From Negaprion brevirostris (Eukaryota): a stretch of 64,000 nucleotides of DNA. The stretch is from assembly GCA_030324005.1 (NCBI GenBank), contig JARDVH010000130.1, positions 29,154,760 to 29,218,759 on the forward strand, given 5' to 3'. Positions 1 to 12,679 of this stretch are shown piece by piece. Numbering within the stretch: position 1 is the stretch's first letter; each line of letters opens with the position of its first letter. Below the pieces are notes generated by a model. It made no database searches, was not told where the DNA came from, and saw only the letters and a program-made list of their open reading frames with translations. Both the position numbers and the translations under genes were made by a program.

Positions 1-212
1 ATGTGGAAGCTATTGAGAGGGTGCAGAGGAGATTTACAAGGATGTTGGTGGTGGTAGAGGCGAACTCACTGGGGTCTTTTAAAAGACGTCTGGATGAGTA
101 TATGGCATCTAATGGCATTGGAAATTACAGATAGTTCTATGGCTTGGTTGGTATAGATGTGATCAGCGCAACCTGTGGGCCGAAGGGCCTGTTTGTGCTG
201 TAGTGTTCTATG
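1..212 (+). mobile_element. CR1-clade LINE 3' fragment
   Basis: gagagggtgcagaggagatttacaaggatgttg (ERVQRRFTRML) and 3' end gggccgaagggcctgtttgtgctgtagtgttctatgttct. Confidence 0.75.
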
Positions 213-469
213 TTCTGTGTTACCTGATTGACCGCAGCCCCGAGACACCCACCATCCATTTCTGCAAAGTCTGCCACAACTATCTGCCATTGTCCATGGC
301 GTGGGGGGAGTGCTATCGTTCTAGGATCTGGGTCGCAGAGAGGCACAAAGGTGTGAAACCTGAGATGAGGATCAGTGTGATCATTTAAGGGCAGCAACTG
401 TCAGGCTGGTGTCCTAACCTAACCTGCACATCTGGTTCAGCCTCTTGGCTTTAAATATCAACCCACACA

Positions 470-775
470 CAATGCTCGAGTGCAGCACTGGGGCATTGCT
501 GTAACTGTTAGTGCTGTAATTCAGATAAAACATTAAACCAAGGTCTCATTTGCTCTCTCAGATTAAAGAGTCAATAATACTTTTCAATGTCCTGCAAGTA
601 TTTATTCTTCAACTATTTTTACTTAAAAAAAACACATTGATCATTCATCTGATTATTGTCTGTGGGGTCTGGCTGTGCACAAACTAACTCTGACGTTTTT
701 CATTTCATTGGCTATGAATTCCTTATAGGATGACCTAAGTTTGTGGAAGGCCTATATAAAGGCAAGTTATTTTGC
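470..775 (+). mobile_element. Deu-domain SINE remnant (AmnSINE1/SacSINE1-like)
   Basis: cattaaaccaaggtctcatttgctctctcag...ctggctgtgcacaaact...cattggctatgaa...aggcctatataaaggcaagtt resembles the recalled Deu domain and tail; boundaries approximate. Confidence 0.6.
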
Positions 776-2734
776 TATGTCTTGCAATTTATCTGCCTCT
801 CTTTGTAGGTAGGATAATCTACCGTTGACCTACTGATATCCTAATGTGGAATGACATAAAGGAAAAATCCCCTCATGCAGCTCCCTCTTGATTTCAGTGA
901 GCATTGAAGAGATGGTTAGGTGGAGGGCTGATCCTCTAGGTCTGTAGATTCGTAACTTGCCCTTTTTTAATCCTTGGCAAATGCCACGAGGTGATTAGTT
1001 GAGCTGCTTTTTGAGGTTCTTCAAAAGCTGCCCAAATCTCCTCAATTTGTCAGTGTTCAGCAGGAATCTGGGGAGACAGAGCAGGACCAAAGACACCAGA
1101 AAACGTGAAGGCAATGTGAAACAAAGAAGCTGACATACTATATCTGTGCTGGCACAAAAACCAAAACCATTTTATATTTTCAAAGTTAATGTTTTCAGGC
1201 CTACATGAAAACATCCAGCTATCTGGTAGACTGAGAGGTAGGACATGCCAAACAAAGAAAGCAGAATTTGAACGTTGGAAAATGTATTATCAGTTATTTC
1301 CTAAGCATCAGCCAGCAGGAATCCACAATGGTTCTGGAAGCTCACCCCTCCAGCCAGATGCCTTGGCTGCAAGATTCAAAAAGCAGAAAGAAAGGAAAAG
1401 TAATAGATTATTTCAATGTGCAATGCTTTGTGCCACAGCTCTCGATGTATTAAAGCTAGAAGTTAAAATATGAACATTTAATGCATTTTTGTGACAGTCC
1501 ATGACCACTACATAAAGGGACATCTTAACCTATTTAACAATAAAAGGGTTTAGAGAACATTTGTCAAAATACTGGAAAAGAAAAATCAATGGAAGCATAT
1601 ATCATTTGTCTGCCAATTTTTTTAGTCATTTATAATTAAAGTTCATCCTTTTAATTAATTTTTGTGTACACAATGTATTTTGGAATATGGAGAATGTACT
1701 TTCTGTGAAGAATAAGTAACAAATTGTATGTGAAAGCCTCCTGTCATCTTGTGGCCTCACACTGAAAACAATAGGATGGGGTTACAGACATGCAGAATGT
1801 TCTGAGTGTGAAATGTGCTTATTCATCATCTTTACTGTTTTCTTGTTTGTTGATTTAAGTTCGCTCGGGAGCACATTGAAGAAATACTGCCAGCATCTAT
1901 GAAGTGAAAATGTTTTTTTCTCTCTCTTTCTCTTGTTCCACGGCTGTCAAACACAGGCTAACTGGAAATCCCAGTGTTTAACTTTATTGCTCATCATCCC
2001 AAGCTGTAATTCTGAACCTTGGGGAAAACAAATGTGTGGTAATGAATCAGCTGTTAACCTCTGAAACCTTTTATTATTTTACAAGCTTTAAATTATTCAG
2101 CTCTCACCTCTTGTACAACATTGATCAGAAGTTCTTGTACGGTTCGTTAGTTTTAAATTACAAACACATGACCGATACAACCAACACCAGGGATTTATTA
2201 TAGTATCAGTTTAAAAAGATCAGGCTGCGGTACAGAACTCCTTCTGACAGTCTATCAAAGTGATAATCCTGGAAGTTATAATATAAACTTACTATAATTT
2301 ACAAAGACAAAAATATTTATGCTGGAGGAGTAAAACATGCCCAGGGGCGGTGCCCCAAAATGTTCCCCTCACCCCCACGGCGGGGGAAGGGGAGCAGTGT
2401 TTCCTGTGTGCTCACCCTTCCCAGTTAATGTTGNNNNNNNNNNTGCTTCAGACTGTTGTAAACGTTGGGGGAAATCCCAACATGGGGGAGGGGGGAATCA
2501 ACACAGCGAGGAAGCCTGCTAATCCGTCACTAATGTATTTAAATGCAGTTCTTCACCTTCCTTGCTGACGGGAATCTTACTTTTGGCTACTCACAGTAAA
2601 TGTGGGTGCAAAATCCTGACCTGCTTACTCTCCTTGGACTTACATATACATAGCAACAAACCAGCTTCTGTTGGTAGTTATATTCCACTTGAGTCTCCTC
2701 CCATTTTAATTATACCTTCTCATCCTGATCCAAT

Positions 2735-3030
2735 AAACTTTCCTTCTCCTGCATGTGAGCATCAAACCTCTTCTTGAATGCATCAATTCTATCTGTTTCG
2801 ACAGCTCCATGTGGCAGTGAATTTTGCATTCTCACCCCTTTTTGTACAGTGAAATTCCTCCTGAATTCTTCCTTTGTTCTATTGGTGGCGATCTTATCGT
2901 CGATTGTTCTGGATTGCTGCATCCATTCAATTTTGGGCAGCATCCTTAGAAATCTGTGTTGTACTCTTTCCAGTACTTCAATATCTTTGCTGTAGCGTAG
3001 AGAGGAAAACTACATACAACACTCCAACTA
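2735..3030 (-). mobile_element. Decayed CR1 LINE fragment
   Basis: Minus ORF RRNFTVQKGVRMQNSLPHGAVETDRIDAFKKRFDAHM resembles the CR1 ORF2 C-terminus (RRNFF.QRVV..WNSLP...V...FK..LD). Confidence 0.65.
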
Positions 3031-3136
3031 TATTGTTAAAAGTTGTGATATTAGCACAAAATTCCCTTTTTTGCTATTTTAACCCTTTTAAATAAACAAA
3101 TTAGAGTCACTGTTAAAGGACTGGAGAAATGCATTT

Positions 3137-4002
3137 GGGGCAATCTTACTGGCTCATCTCGCCATTCGATCGTGCAAGGTGAGCGGTAAGATCGTGAGAG
3201 AGGCGAAAATCCAGCATCGTGCCCGGTTTCTTGCATCTTGCGACTATACCGGCACCATGAAGCTGGCGTGATCAGCCCTGCACTGGGAAAGGACATAAGG
3301 TTGATTTTAATATTTCTAAGACTTTCTGAATATCATTAGTGAGTCCTGGACGTAATGTCCAGGCTCACTTGCCTGAACAGCCTTGCTGATGAAGGTACTC
3401 GCAAATATCACATACGGTGTCCGTCAATGAAGACAAGAAGTAATGGCCTCGCTGGTGGGACTCGTAGCCATTGAGGTCCCCTTGAGCGGCCCTGGACACT
3501 GCCTACCAGGCACTGGGCAATGCCAAGGGGCGGGGCCTAAGGGGAGGCAGAGGGGGTCTGTGCACTTTGCAATTAGGGATTGGCCAGAGCGGCAATCGGC
3601 CGGGACTGAGGGGATATTGTGGCGGCAATTGGCCAGGGTGGGTGTACCAGACCACTGATCAGCCAGGGGAGGCCAGTGATGGGCCGAAGAGGGTAGCAAT
3701 GGATGGACTGGCCAACAATTAGCAGGGGCGGCCAGCTGTTGGCTGGGGAAGCCAGCAACCTGGTGGGGAGGGAGTGTACACAGAACATTGAGAAATAAAG
3801 ACAGACGCACTAGTTGTCATCAGCTGGCTTTCTGGCGACAACAGACTCTGTCCACATCCCCTACTGGCATGAATCACACTTTGCCTCTTCTTTTGCACCA
3901 AGTGTCATAAGATACTGTCTGAGACCTCATTGGAAAAATGAGCATGATTTTCTCCTGTTTTCAGGCCGTTTCCTACTTAGTATTTTTTGGTAAGATCACC
4001 TC
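3137..4002. mobile_element. Non-autonomous DNA transposon with imperfect TIRs (Harbinger-like)
   Basis: Left ggggcaatcttac (3137) versus right gtaagatcacctc (3990-4002, reverse complement gaggtgatcttac); GC-rich interior contrasts with AT-rich flanks. Confidence 0.55.
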
Positions 4003-4204
4003 CATGGTGTTTGCTATGACTATCTCAATATGATTCAACCCCTTATTCAGTTACTTCAAACTTAACGCAACATTGATTAGACCACAGTTTTTCTTAACTT
4101 CTGCCGTATTGTCACGGTAGAAAACAATTCAGTCCGAAAATATGTTAAATTTACTGCAGCTGAATAGAGAGAGAGACTGAATTGAATCCATGTTCTTAGC
4201 TTAA

Positions 4205-4540
4205 CGGTGGTTGTAAAAGATCCTGCAGCATTATTTTGAAAAAGAGCAATGACTCTTTGTACTCTGTCTGATGTTATTCATTCAACCAATATTATCAAAT
4301 TATAACATATTCTTCATTTAGCTTTGACAAAGGGTCATCTGGACTTGAAACCTCAGTTCTTTTCTTTCCTTACAGATGCTGTCAGATCTGCTGAGATTTT
4401 CCAGTATTTTCTCTTTTGGTTTTATTCTTCATTCATTTCATTTGTTGTTACTGTGCACAAGCTGACTTCTGCTCTCCTCTCATAACACTGCACCTCAAAA
4501 TTAATTCATTGGAAATGAACTGCCTTTAAGGCATCCGTAG
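4205..4540 (+). mobile_element. Deu-domain SINE remnant interrupted by a Penelope-type insert
   Basis: gtaaaagatcctgcagcattattttgaaaaagagca...ctgtgcacaagctgac...caaaattaattcattgg. Confidence 0.55.
4319..4422 (+). mobile_element. Penelope-like terminal-repeat mini-insert with 11-bp TSD
   Basis: tattcttcatt at 4308-4318 and 4423-4433; insert carries ggtcatctggacttgaaac...tacagatgctgtcagatctgctgagattttccag. Confidence 0.7.
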
Positions 4541-5134
4541 AACTATAACCATAGAATCACAGAAGGAAGCTCTGCAACCCATCATTGAAACATTCAACTA
4601 ATACTCTTACCCTGCTCAAGACCCTACCCATAGCCCTGCAAATGTTTTCCCTTTTTATGCTTATCCATGATCATGTAATTTCTTTCTTTAATAAGCCAAC
4701 AACAGGCTAATTCTCTCCCTCCCCACTGGAGCAATCTAACCAGTGGGAATGAATGAAAAAGTCATCAGAGTCAAATCAAACCTACATTTGTTTTTTTTAT
4801 TTTACTCCTTAACCTCCTCCTTTTTATGGCCCCTCACGCTCTCTTCATCATTAGTTGTGGCTTTCTATCAGTTATTCTCTTCAACCCTTTCCTGTTTCCC
4901 TCCTTTCTCACGGTGTCTGGATAAAACTTCCACAATTACTTACAGAGAGTGCAACGTAATTTATAATTGAGTGTACAGAGGAGCCTCAATGAACTGGTGG
5001 GACAGGCCATCAGGCAGGTGTCTCTTTTATATCTATCTTATATACAAGCCATAAATGAAATCTGGAATGATAGTGAAGGGGGAACAGAGGCCAATGCCTT
5101 AAAAAATGTAGGGCATCCAACGCAAAATAGATAC

Positions 5135-5329
5135 CTTGAACTGAAGCAAATATCCAGGTTTGAGAGTCAGGTCCCGTGTAACAGCAACCCGGTCGCCATC
5201 TGATTTCCCAAACACCATGGCTGAGTGGGTCATGGAGCAGAAAGTTTCATTGCTGCCCATCCCCTCATTAGCCAGCATCAACCAAATACTCAGCTGGCTC
5301 AGTGGGATATCATAGGAGGGTGTGTAGTC
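5135..5329 (-). CDS. RELN: Reelin exon (~exon 27), 195 bp, start of repeat 3
   Basis: [65 protein letters not shown]; acceptor gcatttcAG, donor GTATCT. Confidence 0.95.
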
Positions 5330-7157
5330 CTGAAATGCAAGCAAGTAACAAAAATATATTAAATCCAACATATCAGCCCATCGTACTCTACAAAGAGTAT
5401 TACAGGAGTTAGAAGTTTTATGTGTATATGAATACATCATTGTTACCACACAAGATTTTTTGAAAAAGGAGATATTTGTTTAAAAGTTAAAGGAGTGTTG
5501 TCATACATTCCAGTTTATGGTGTAATGATATACTTGTTCGGAAATGAGAATTTTCGATCCTTATAAAGTTTGTAAGTCTGAAGCAATGCTGCAATTAAGC
5601 AAACTGGTCAGGTTTAGTAAATCAGGCTGCAAGATGGAGCCTATAAGCCAGCAGTGAGCTGCTTAATGTAAAGTTGCTTTCAAACGCAATAAATCCGGTT
5701 GAGTTGCCATTTGATGCTGGATTATTAGGAACCTGAAACAAGATAACATCAGAATAACACATGTGGAATGGATAGATAAGCTGCTTAGAACCTCACTGTT
5801 TATAACAGCTTCATACTCCGTGTGCGTATGGAACAGATGCACAAGTGTTCCAAGGACATCCAAGCTAGGCATTCCTGGAACACCCATCTCCATAAACTAT
5901 CCTCAGATGTCACCATTGGCCCACTGTGAAAAGCAGGATGCGGTGTTATCTTTAAGCATGTGGATTTTGTAGAAGAATCTGCATGAAAAACAATCCCCTA
6001 ATGTCATCATATTACTGAAAGCAACAGTGTGCCTCAGCTCCAGCACACAAATGTTTCTGTCTTTCACTCACTTTCCCTGTATGGCAACAATCCTTCAAAT
6101 TTGTTCTTCNNNNNNNNNNNNNNNNNNNNNNNNNNNNNNNNNNNNNNNNNNNNNNNNNNNNNNNTTCTTCTTCAGACTAATCAATGCTAAGTTGGGCTTT
6201 CTTGAACAGTTGATCATAAGCACCATCAGGCTTTGATGTTTAAAATAGAGCAATTTAAAGTTTAGGAAGACTGCAAAATACAACACCAGACTACAGAAAG
6301 GCCATGGAATCATAAACAGGCAAAGGCCAATACAGGTAATCTTTCTTTATCAAGATCTTTTCACCTGGACACAAAGAGCAATCACTCTGGAATGAATATG
6401 TTTTGTTATTGAATGATGTGGAGAAACAAGAAGGACAGATCACATAGATATAATTCCACTCTGTTTTTGTGCAAATCTTTACATAAACTGTTGTTTGTTC
6501 AAATCAAGGTAATGGGTGTCATTGTTATGGAATGAGAGTTTTGCACTTCTGACAAGTCAAGGTCAGCACTGAGCACTCTTGTATTAGGCTCAGCAGGGAC
6601 GGGATGAAACGTAAACCTTCCTCACCTTTGCTTCATCTATTGAAACTCATCTAATGATGCCGCATGATGCATCATTATTGCACCCCCTCTAGCGGGACCA
6701 AACTGAAATGAGAGATTTTCAGTTGCAAACCATGTGCCTCATGCTCAAAGCAGGTTTAAAAGCTTCATGTTGTGCCCTTCACTTGGCCTATTGCAGGCAG
6801 AAGGCTTCTCTTTGTTTTCGGCGACTGGGAAGCATCATGTAGCCCCTGCATTGATTGTATAAACTAATGAGGAATCTCTAATCTCGGGAAACCACGTCAC
6901 TGGCTGGTTTAGCTGCATACCAGGTTTCCATGATATTAAAGGTCTCAGGCCTGATTTTCTGCTGTTATTTCTACCTGGGTTGGGCAGGCTGGAGAATCAG
7001 CATCCAGCCATTCACTGCCATGTCTGGGATTTTCCACCACAAGTGATGACAAACATTAGATGCGCTCATCCAATTGTTGGAGTGCATTCAAAGCAGTTGG
7101 CAAAAATATCTTGATGCCAGACATCATATTTATTGGCCTCCACAGCAATGCTGACAC

Positions 7158-7315
7158 GAGTGATAGATATATTCTTGAACAGTAAAGGAATCAAGGGTTA
7201 TGGTGAGCAGGTGGGTAAGTGGAGTTGAGTCCATCAGAAGATCAGCCATGCTCTTGTTGATTGGCAGAGTAGGCTTGAGAGGGCCAGGCAGCCTACTCCT
7301 GCTCCTAGTTCTTAT
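7158..7315 (+). mobile_element. CR1 LINE 3' end
   Basis: aaaggaatcaagggttatgg...agatcagccatg...ggcttgagagggcc...cctactcctgctcctagttcttatg. Confidence 0.7.
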
Positions 7316-7429
7316 GGAGCGTGTTACTAGTGCCTATGATGTTATGGTAGGCAGGAGAAGAGATATATTTGAAACGCACCCATAAAAGCAGCTGGCGATG
7401 TTTGGTTGTCACAAGCGTCCAATAGTTTT

Positions 7430-7906
7430 TGCTTTATTTGTGCACAGATGTGAGCATCACCAACAAGACCGGGCATTTGTTGCCCAACTCTTAATTCTCT
7501 TTTGGATGGTGGCAGTGAACTATCTTCTTGGACTGCTGCAGTCCATCTGGGCTAACACCCACAGCGCTGTAAGGAAGTAAATTCCAGTGTTTTGATCCAG
7601 CAGCAGGGAAGGATATAGTTCCGAGTCAGGATGGTGTGTGACTTGGAGGGGAACTTGCAGGTGGAGGTGTTCCCATGCATTTTCAGCCCTTGTCCTTCTA
7701 GGTTGTTGAATTCACAGGTATGGAATGTGCTTGAGTTGCTGCAGTGCATTCTGTGGATGGTCCACACTACTGCCATTGTGCGTCAGTGTAGAGTGAGTAA
7801 ATGTTGAAAGTAATGGATGGGGAGGCCAATCAAGCCAGCTTCATTGTTCTGAATGGTGTTGAGCTTCTTGAGTGCTGTTGGAACTGAAATCACCCAGGCA
7901 AGTGGA
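7430..7906 (-). mobile_element. L2/CR1-group LINE 3' fragment
   Basis: Minus-strand PLAWVISVPTALKKLNTIQNNEAGLIG, homologous to the plus copy at 20935-21470. Confidence 0.65.
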
Positions 7907-8340
7907 NNNNNNNNNNNNNNNNNNNNNNNNNNNNNNNNNNNNNNNNNNNNNNNNNNNNNNNNNNNNNNNNNNNNNNNNNNNNNNNNNNNNNNNNNNNNNN
8001 NNNNNNNNNNNNNNNNNNNNNNNNNNNNNNNNNNNNNNNNNNNNNNNNNNNNNNNNNNNNNNNNNNNNNNNNNNNNNNNNNNNNNNNNNNNNNNNNNNNN
8101 NNNNNNNNNNNNNNNNNNNNNNNNNNNNNNNNNNNNNNNNNNNNNNNNNNNNNNNNNNNNNNNNNNNNNNNNNNNNNNNNNNNNNNNNNNNNNNNNNNNN
8201 NNNNNNNNNNNNNNNNNNNNNNNNNNNNNNNNNNNNNNNNNNNNNNNNNNNNNNNNNNNNNNNNNNNNNNNNNNNNNNNNNNNNNNNNNNNNNNNNNNNN
8301 NNNNNNNNNNNNNNNNNNNNNNNNNNNNNNNNNNNNNNNN

Positions 8341-8598
8341 GGCTTGGGTCACTGTCTGTGTGGAGTTTGCACATTCTCCCCGTGTCTGCGTGGATTTCCT
8401 CCGGGTGCTCTGGTTTCTTCCCACAGTCCAAAGATGTGCGGATTAGGTTGATTGGCCATGCTAAATTGACTCTACTGTTCGAGGAATTAGCAGCATAAAT
8501 ATGTGGGGTTATGGGAATAGGGCCTAAGTGGTATTGTGGTCGGTATAGAATTGATGGGCCGAATAGTCTCCTTCAGCACTGGGGATTCTATGATTATT
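8341..8598 (+). mobile_element. HE1-type (V-SINE) tRNA-derived SINE; 5' end in gap
   Basis: cactgtctgtgtggagtttgcacattctccccgtgtctgcgtggatttcctccgggtgctctggtttc...tggccatgctaaattg, CR1-like tail. Confidence 0.85.
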
Positions 8599-9319
8599 GC
8601 TATTCACTGTCAATATCAGTCTGTGGACAGAGTTCCCAGAGAGAACAATTCTTAAGTTTCCTGTTGGCAAATCTATCAGTTTAGTGCAATTCCATTCACA
8701 TTGGATACAGTTCAAAGTATCTAAGCAAGCAGCAAATCAGGATATATCAATGTATTTAAATGATGATCTTACAGCTTTCCCTTAAACAAAGCCGGACCAC
8801 TATGTTTTGTAAGATCCACGATGTATAATGTAAGGTCTAGGTACATACCTAGGCAATAGAATTTTAACATCACAAACATGAGCAACATTAGGGTGTGTTT
8901 CCACATATACTGTAATTTTTGGATTATTAACTGCAAGTAAATAGTCATAAAATACAACAGGTGGTAAGCTGAAGTGATACGTATTGTGAGAGGATTCTCA
9001 TTTACCAGAGAGATCAGTTTCATACCATTCATTGTGTGTATAATGAAACTTGAAATCTTTATAAGTAACAACAAACAAAATCAGATTTTCAATTGCTTCA
9101 ATTAATATCCATAGCTTTCTACACTATTTTAAATCTACATGAAGAAAATGGATTTGTGTGACCTAAAATACACATACAAGTAGTTTTCTTCTGTGTGGTT
9201 ACAGATTTGGACAGTGCTCTACTTAGCGGAGTGAGAAGCCTACAGGCTAGACTTTCTGTAGGAAGGAACTGAAACATTAATGAGAGGGGCAAAGGAGGTG
9301 TATGAGAATAGATTTTCAC

Positions 9320-10395
9320 TTACATTGTAGGGGAGGCAGCCTGCCAATTGCTATGCCTTGACACCTGTGATGACCTTGGCAGACATCCTGTGGTGGCCTG
9401 AGCTAAGGAGGGCCTTGGCCTCATAAGGGTCTCCTGCTCCGGGCAGAAGCACCCTCGGTGGCTAGTGCTGGTGGAATTGGTGCAGGCACAGGCAGGAGGA
9501 ACTCTGACCTGCTGCACAGCCTTGGAGTGTCCTGAGTGATGGCTCCCAAGTTATCCAGCTGTCACTCTTAAACCCTGTGGGTACCAGAGGGTCCTGGCTT
9601 GACTCCTGCAGGAATAGGCCATAGGAATAGAGAGGACAAGATGGCTCATCCCCATATGGCCTACATCCCGATGGAGCCCACCAGTGATAAAGAGTGCATG
9701 GCCAAACGCAACCAAGGTGGGTGACAATCTTCCCATGGCATGCACATGATGGAGACAGGACATTAGACAGAACACAGAGGGACTCCTCCAGCGTACGCTC
9801 CACTTTGATGAGTAATTGTCGGAGCTGTGCCTGATGTTCTGCTGAGTCCTTTTGTAACTCCTCCAGTGAGTTGACAGTCACTTCCAGAGCCTCATCATCT
9901 GACTAGAACTGAGTGGTTGGCTGTTCTCCAGCAGCCCTCCGAGTGCTGGAGAACTGGGTCTGTCCCTGACTGCTGCAGAGACACCTCTGTGAGGTGTTCC
10001 CCAGGAAGTGACCCTGAGTCTAATCTTGAACATTGCCTCACTGAGATGTGTGTGTCTGCATTGGCAGAGGATGCAGTGAGCGCTGTGACAGTTCTCCCCG
10101 AGACCCCTCATCCTCAGACGTGCTTTGGGGACTCAGAGGACTGCTGGGCTAGTTAGCTGGTTGCAGCCTGATGGGACCAGCAAAAAAACAAAGTGACAAT
10201 TTCAGTGGATAAGCTGAAGATAATTCAGAGTTCACAGCACTCAGTGTGAATTGCGGGATTGGGTGAAGTGATGGAGCGGAGATCCATACCAGGTTGCTGC
10301 AGGAGGCCAAGCTCTGCATTGCGATGTTCTCGTCAGTGTGATCCTCGAACTCGATGACCTCTGCCAGTCACTGCCCCGGGCTGGGCTCGCTCGCG
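9320..10395 (-). mobile_element. GC-rich decayed element, possibly Harbinger accessory (Myb/SANT) ORF region
   Basis: GC-rich block with broken coiled-coil-like ORFs (LEELQKDSAEHQAQLRQLLIKVERTLEES); family assignment by resemblance only. Confidence 0.3.
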
Positions 10396-10399
10396 TTTA

Positions 10400-10550
10400 T
10401 TATAGAACATAGAACATTACAGCACAGTACAGGCCCTTCGGCCCTCAATGTTGTGCCGAGCTATGTCCAGTCCCAAGATCAAGCTATCCCCTCCCCATAA
10501 TTCTGGAGTACTCCATGTGCCTATCCAATAACCGCTTGAAAGTTACTAAA
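10400..10550 (-). mobile_element. CR1 LINE 3' end
   Basis: atagaacatagaacattacagcacagtacaggcccttcggccc is the reverse complement of the CR1 tail seen at 170-212. Confidence 0.7.
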
Positions 10551-11042
10551 GTTTAAGGTGAGAGGGGAGAGATACAATACTACCATGCGTTGCTCAAAAC
10601 TAGAACACAAAGAACTTGAAAGCATGTCATGCATAAGCAGGTTAATGCTTGAACCTAATTAACTTTCTATATCCCAGTGATTACAGAATCTCACTTTTCT
10701 GATTTTTCCAGATATCCCAGATATCAGATGACCTTCATGAATTGCGGTCAGTATTTGTTACAAATGATGAAAAAATGCTCCATTCTAGTGCGTAGATTTT
10801 AAGGCAAGAAATATATTTGTGTAAAGTGTTACAATCCCAGCTGTTGTTACTACTGGACCATCAGGTCCCAGAAAGGAACCCAGCTCAATGGCTGGGACTT
10901 TTTCTTCTTTAGAGTCATGGATGAATAGAGTCACAGGACTGCTAAATAACTTAAGAAAATAATTAAACACTTATTAAACATGACAAGATACAATATTCCT
11001 TCAGTCTACCCCATCTCTGCACAGGTTTTTAAGGATAACACA

Positions 11043-11318
11043 GGGCAGCACAGTAACGCAGTGGTTAGCCTGCAGCTTCACAGTGCCAGGAACCCAGGTT
11101 CGATTCCTGGCTTGGGTCTTTGTTGGTGTGGCATTTACATGTGTCTGCGTGGGTTTCCTCTGGGTGCTCCAGTTTTCTCCCACATTCTGAAAGACGTGCT
11201 GGTTAGGTACATTGACCCAAGCAGCTGCCAGACTGTGGTGACTAGGGAATTTCACAGTAACTCCATTGCAGTGTGAATGTAAGCCTTACTTGTGACTAAT
11301 AAATAAATCTTACTTTAA
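11043..11318 (+). mobile_element. HE1-related SINE
   Basis: tRNA-like head gcagtggttagc...gggttcgattcc-like B box (aggttcgattcct), V-domain, tail cttacttgtgactaataaataaa. Confidence 0.8.
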
Positions 11319-12244
11319 TAAGTTACAAAATATATGTTTCATTCTAATGCCTTTGGTGAGTACATAGTCCATGTAAACTGATGGGTGAAATGCTGTCAGC
11401 CACACCGCACTCTGAAATTAAGTGAGAGGTGGCACCCAACAGGACTCCTGCGGATTTCTCATCAAATCCCTCCCCATTTACTGATCACCAGCCAAATGGT
11501 CACACTGGAACTCTGACTTCCACACAAGAGTTTCCAAACTCCACTCTCAAAGAACACACTTTGAAATCACCTTCCACGCAATGCTTTCTCTCAGATGCCT
11601 TCACCAAGGATTTTAATCTCACTTTTCTGATGCTACATGCAGTATTTCTCTGCTTTGGATTACCATATACATTCAAGCCTCCGCATATCCTCTCAGGTAC
11701 CCAACCATGCCAATAGAACACCGCTACTTCAAAGATTGTATTAAGGTGTTTCCAACCTTGTAATTACTTCAGATATTTGGCTTCTCACTAGCCGATTTCA
11801 CCAGGCTTGTGCCTTTCATTGCTCCTTCCTTTAACTTCAGTGAACAGTACCTTATTCAGATTCTAGTTCTTTGTTTCTTTGACTTCAGTCTTATAGGGGC
11901 TTTTCTTTTCAATCTTACTGGAATTCCTCTTTTCATTTCCTTGTTTCTAGAACAATCTGTTCCTTCCGTTCATTACTTCAGTGTCCAGTTTCTCTGCTGG
12001 TCGTTTCTGTAAGAGCTTCCCCCTTCCCAAGTACCTGGTTCTAACAAAATAAAGTGCTAATGCACTTGAGGCCCCTGGTTACTAAGCAACAGTCTAGTGT
12101 ATATTTAAACCCTGTTTGTTTTCTTGCTGCAAATCTTTCAATTTCAATGCAGGCACAATTTGAAATGAAACCAAAACCCATTGACATGCAGGCTCCTTTG
12201 TTTAACATGAAGCTAACTAAAGCTTCAACCTTTTTTTACACAGA

Positions 12245-12365
12245 AACCAGAGCACCTGGAGGAAACCCACACAGACACACGGAAAAAGTGGAAACTCCAA
12301 ACAGACAGTGACCTGAGGTTGGAATTGAAACTGGATCCCTGGTGCCACGAGGCAACAGCGCTAAC
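12245..12365 (-). mobile_element. HE1-type SINE fragment
   Basis: aaaccagagcacctggaggaaacccacacagacac...aaactccaaacagacagtgacc. Confidence 0.75.
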
Positions 12366-12375
12366 NNNNNNNNNN

Positions 12376-12465
12376 CACACACACAAACACACACACTCAC
12401 ACACAGACACACACAGACACACACACACACACAGACACAGACACACACAGACTCACAGACACACA
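12376..12465. repeat. (CA)n/(CACAGA)n microsatellite
   Basis: Directly visible. Confidence 0.95.
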
Positions 12466-12679
12466 GGCAGGGTTTCACTTGAGTCATCTGGCAAGGGATG
12501 AGATTTTAAATGGGCTTCTTTCATCTTAGTGCCCAGTGCCTGGACTTTAAAACAGATACAATAGCTCAGCAGGCCAGTGCTGATAGAAATGTTCAAAATA
12601 AACATTTAACATTTACCAAAGCAAAAATGTTGGTTACAAATAGTTAACTGACAGTACAGCACTTGAGTATTGCAAAAGA

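Noticed and set aside
3424-3810. 128-aa and overlapping ORFs in a GC-rich block
   Set aside because: Inside a TIR-bounded transposon derivative; no recognisable domain or splice context
1-5134. Next reelin exon (LNIGC...QYSHDAG, ~exon 28)
   Set aside because: Not found by eye on the minus strand; presumably lies beyond the window start
7783-8498. Long ORFs of about 200 aa (likewise 37189-37920, 45468-46028, 56940-57459)
   Set aside because: Length comes from N runs translated as X
11043-11115. tRNA-like A/B boxes
   Set aside because: Heads of SINEs continuing into V-domain sequence, not tRNA genes
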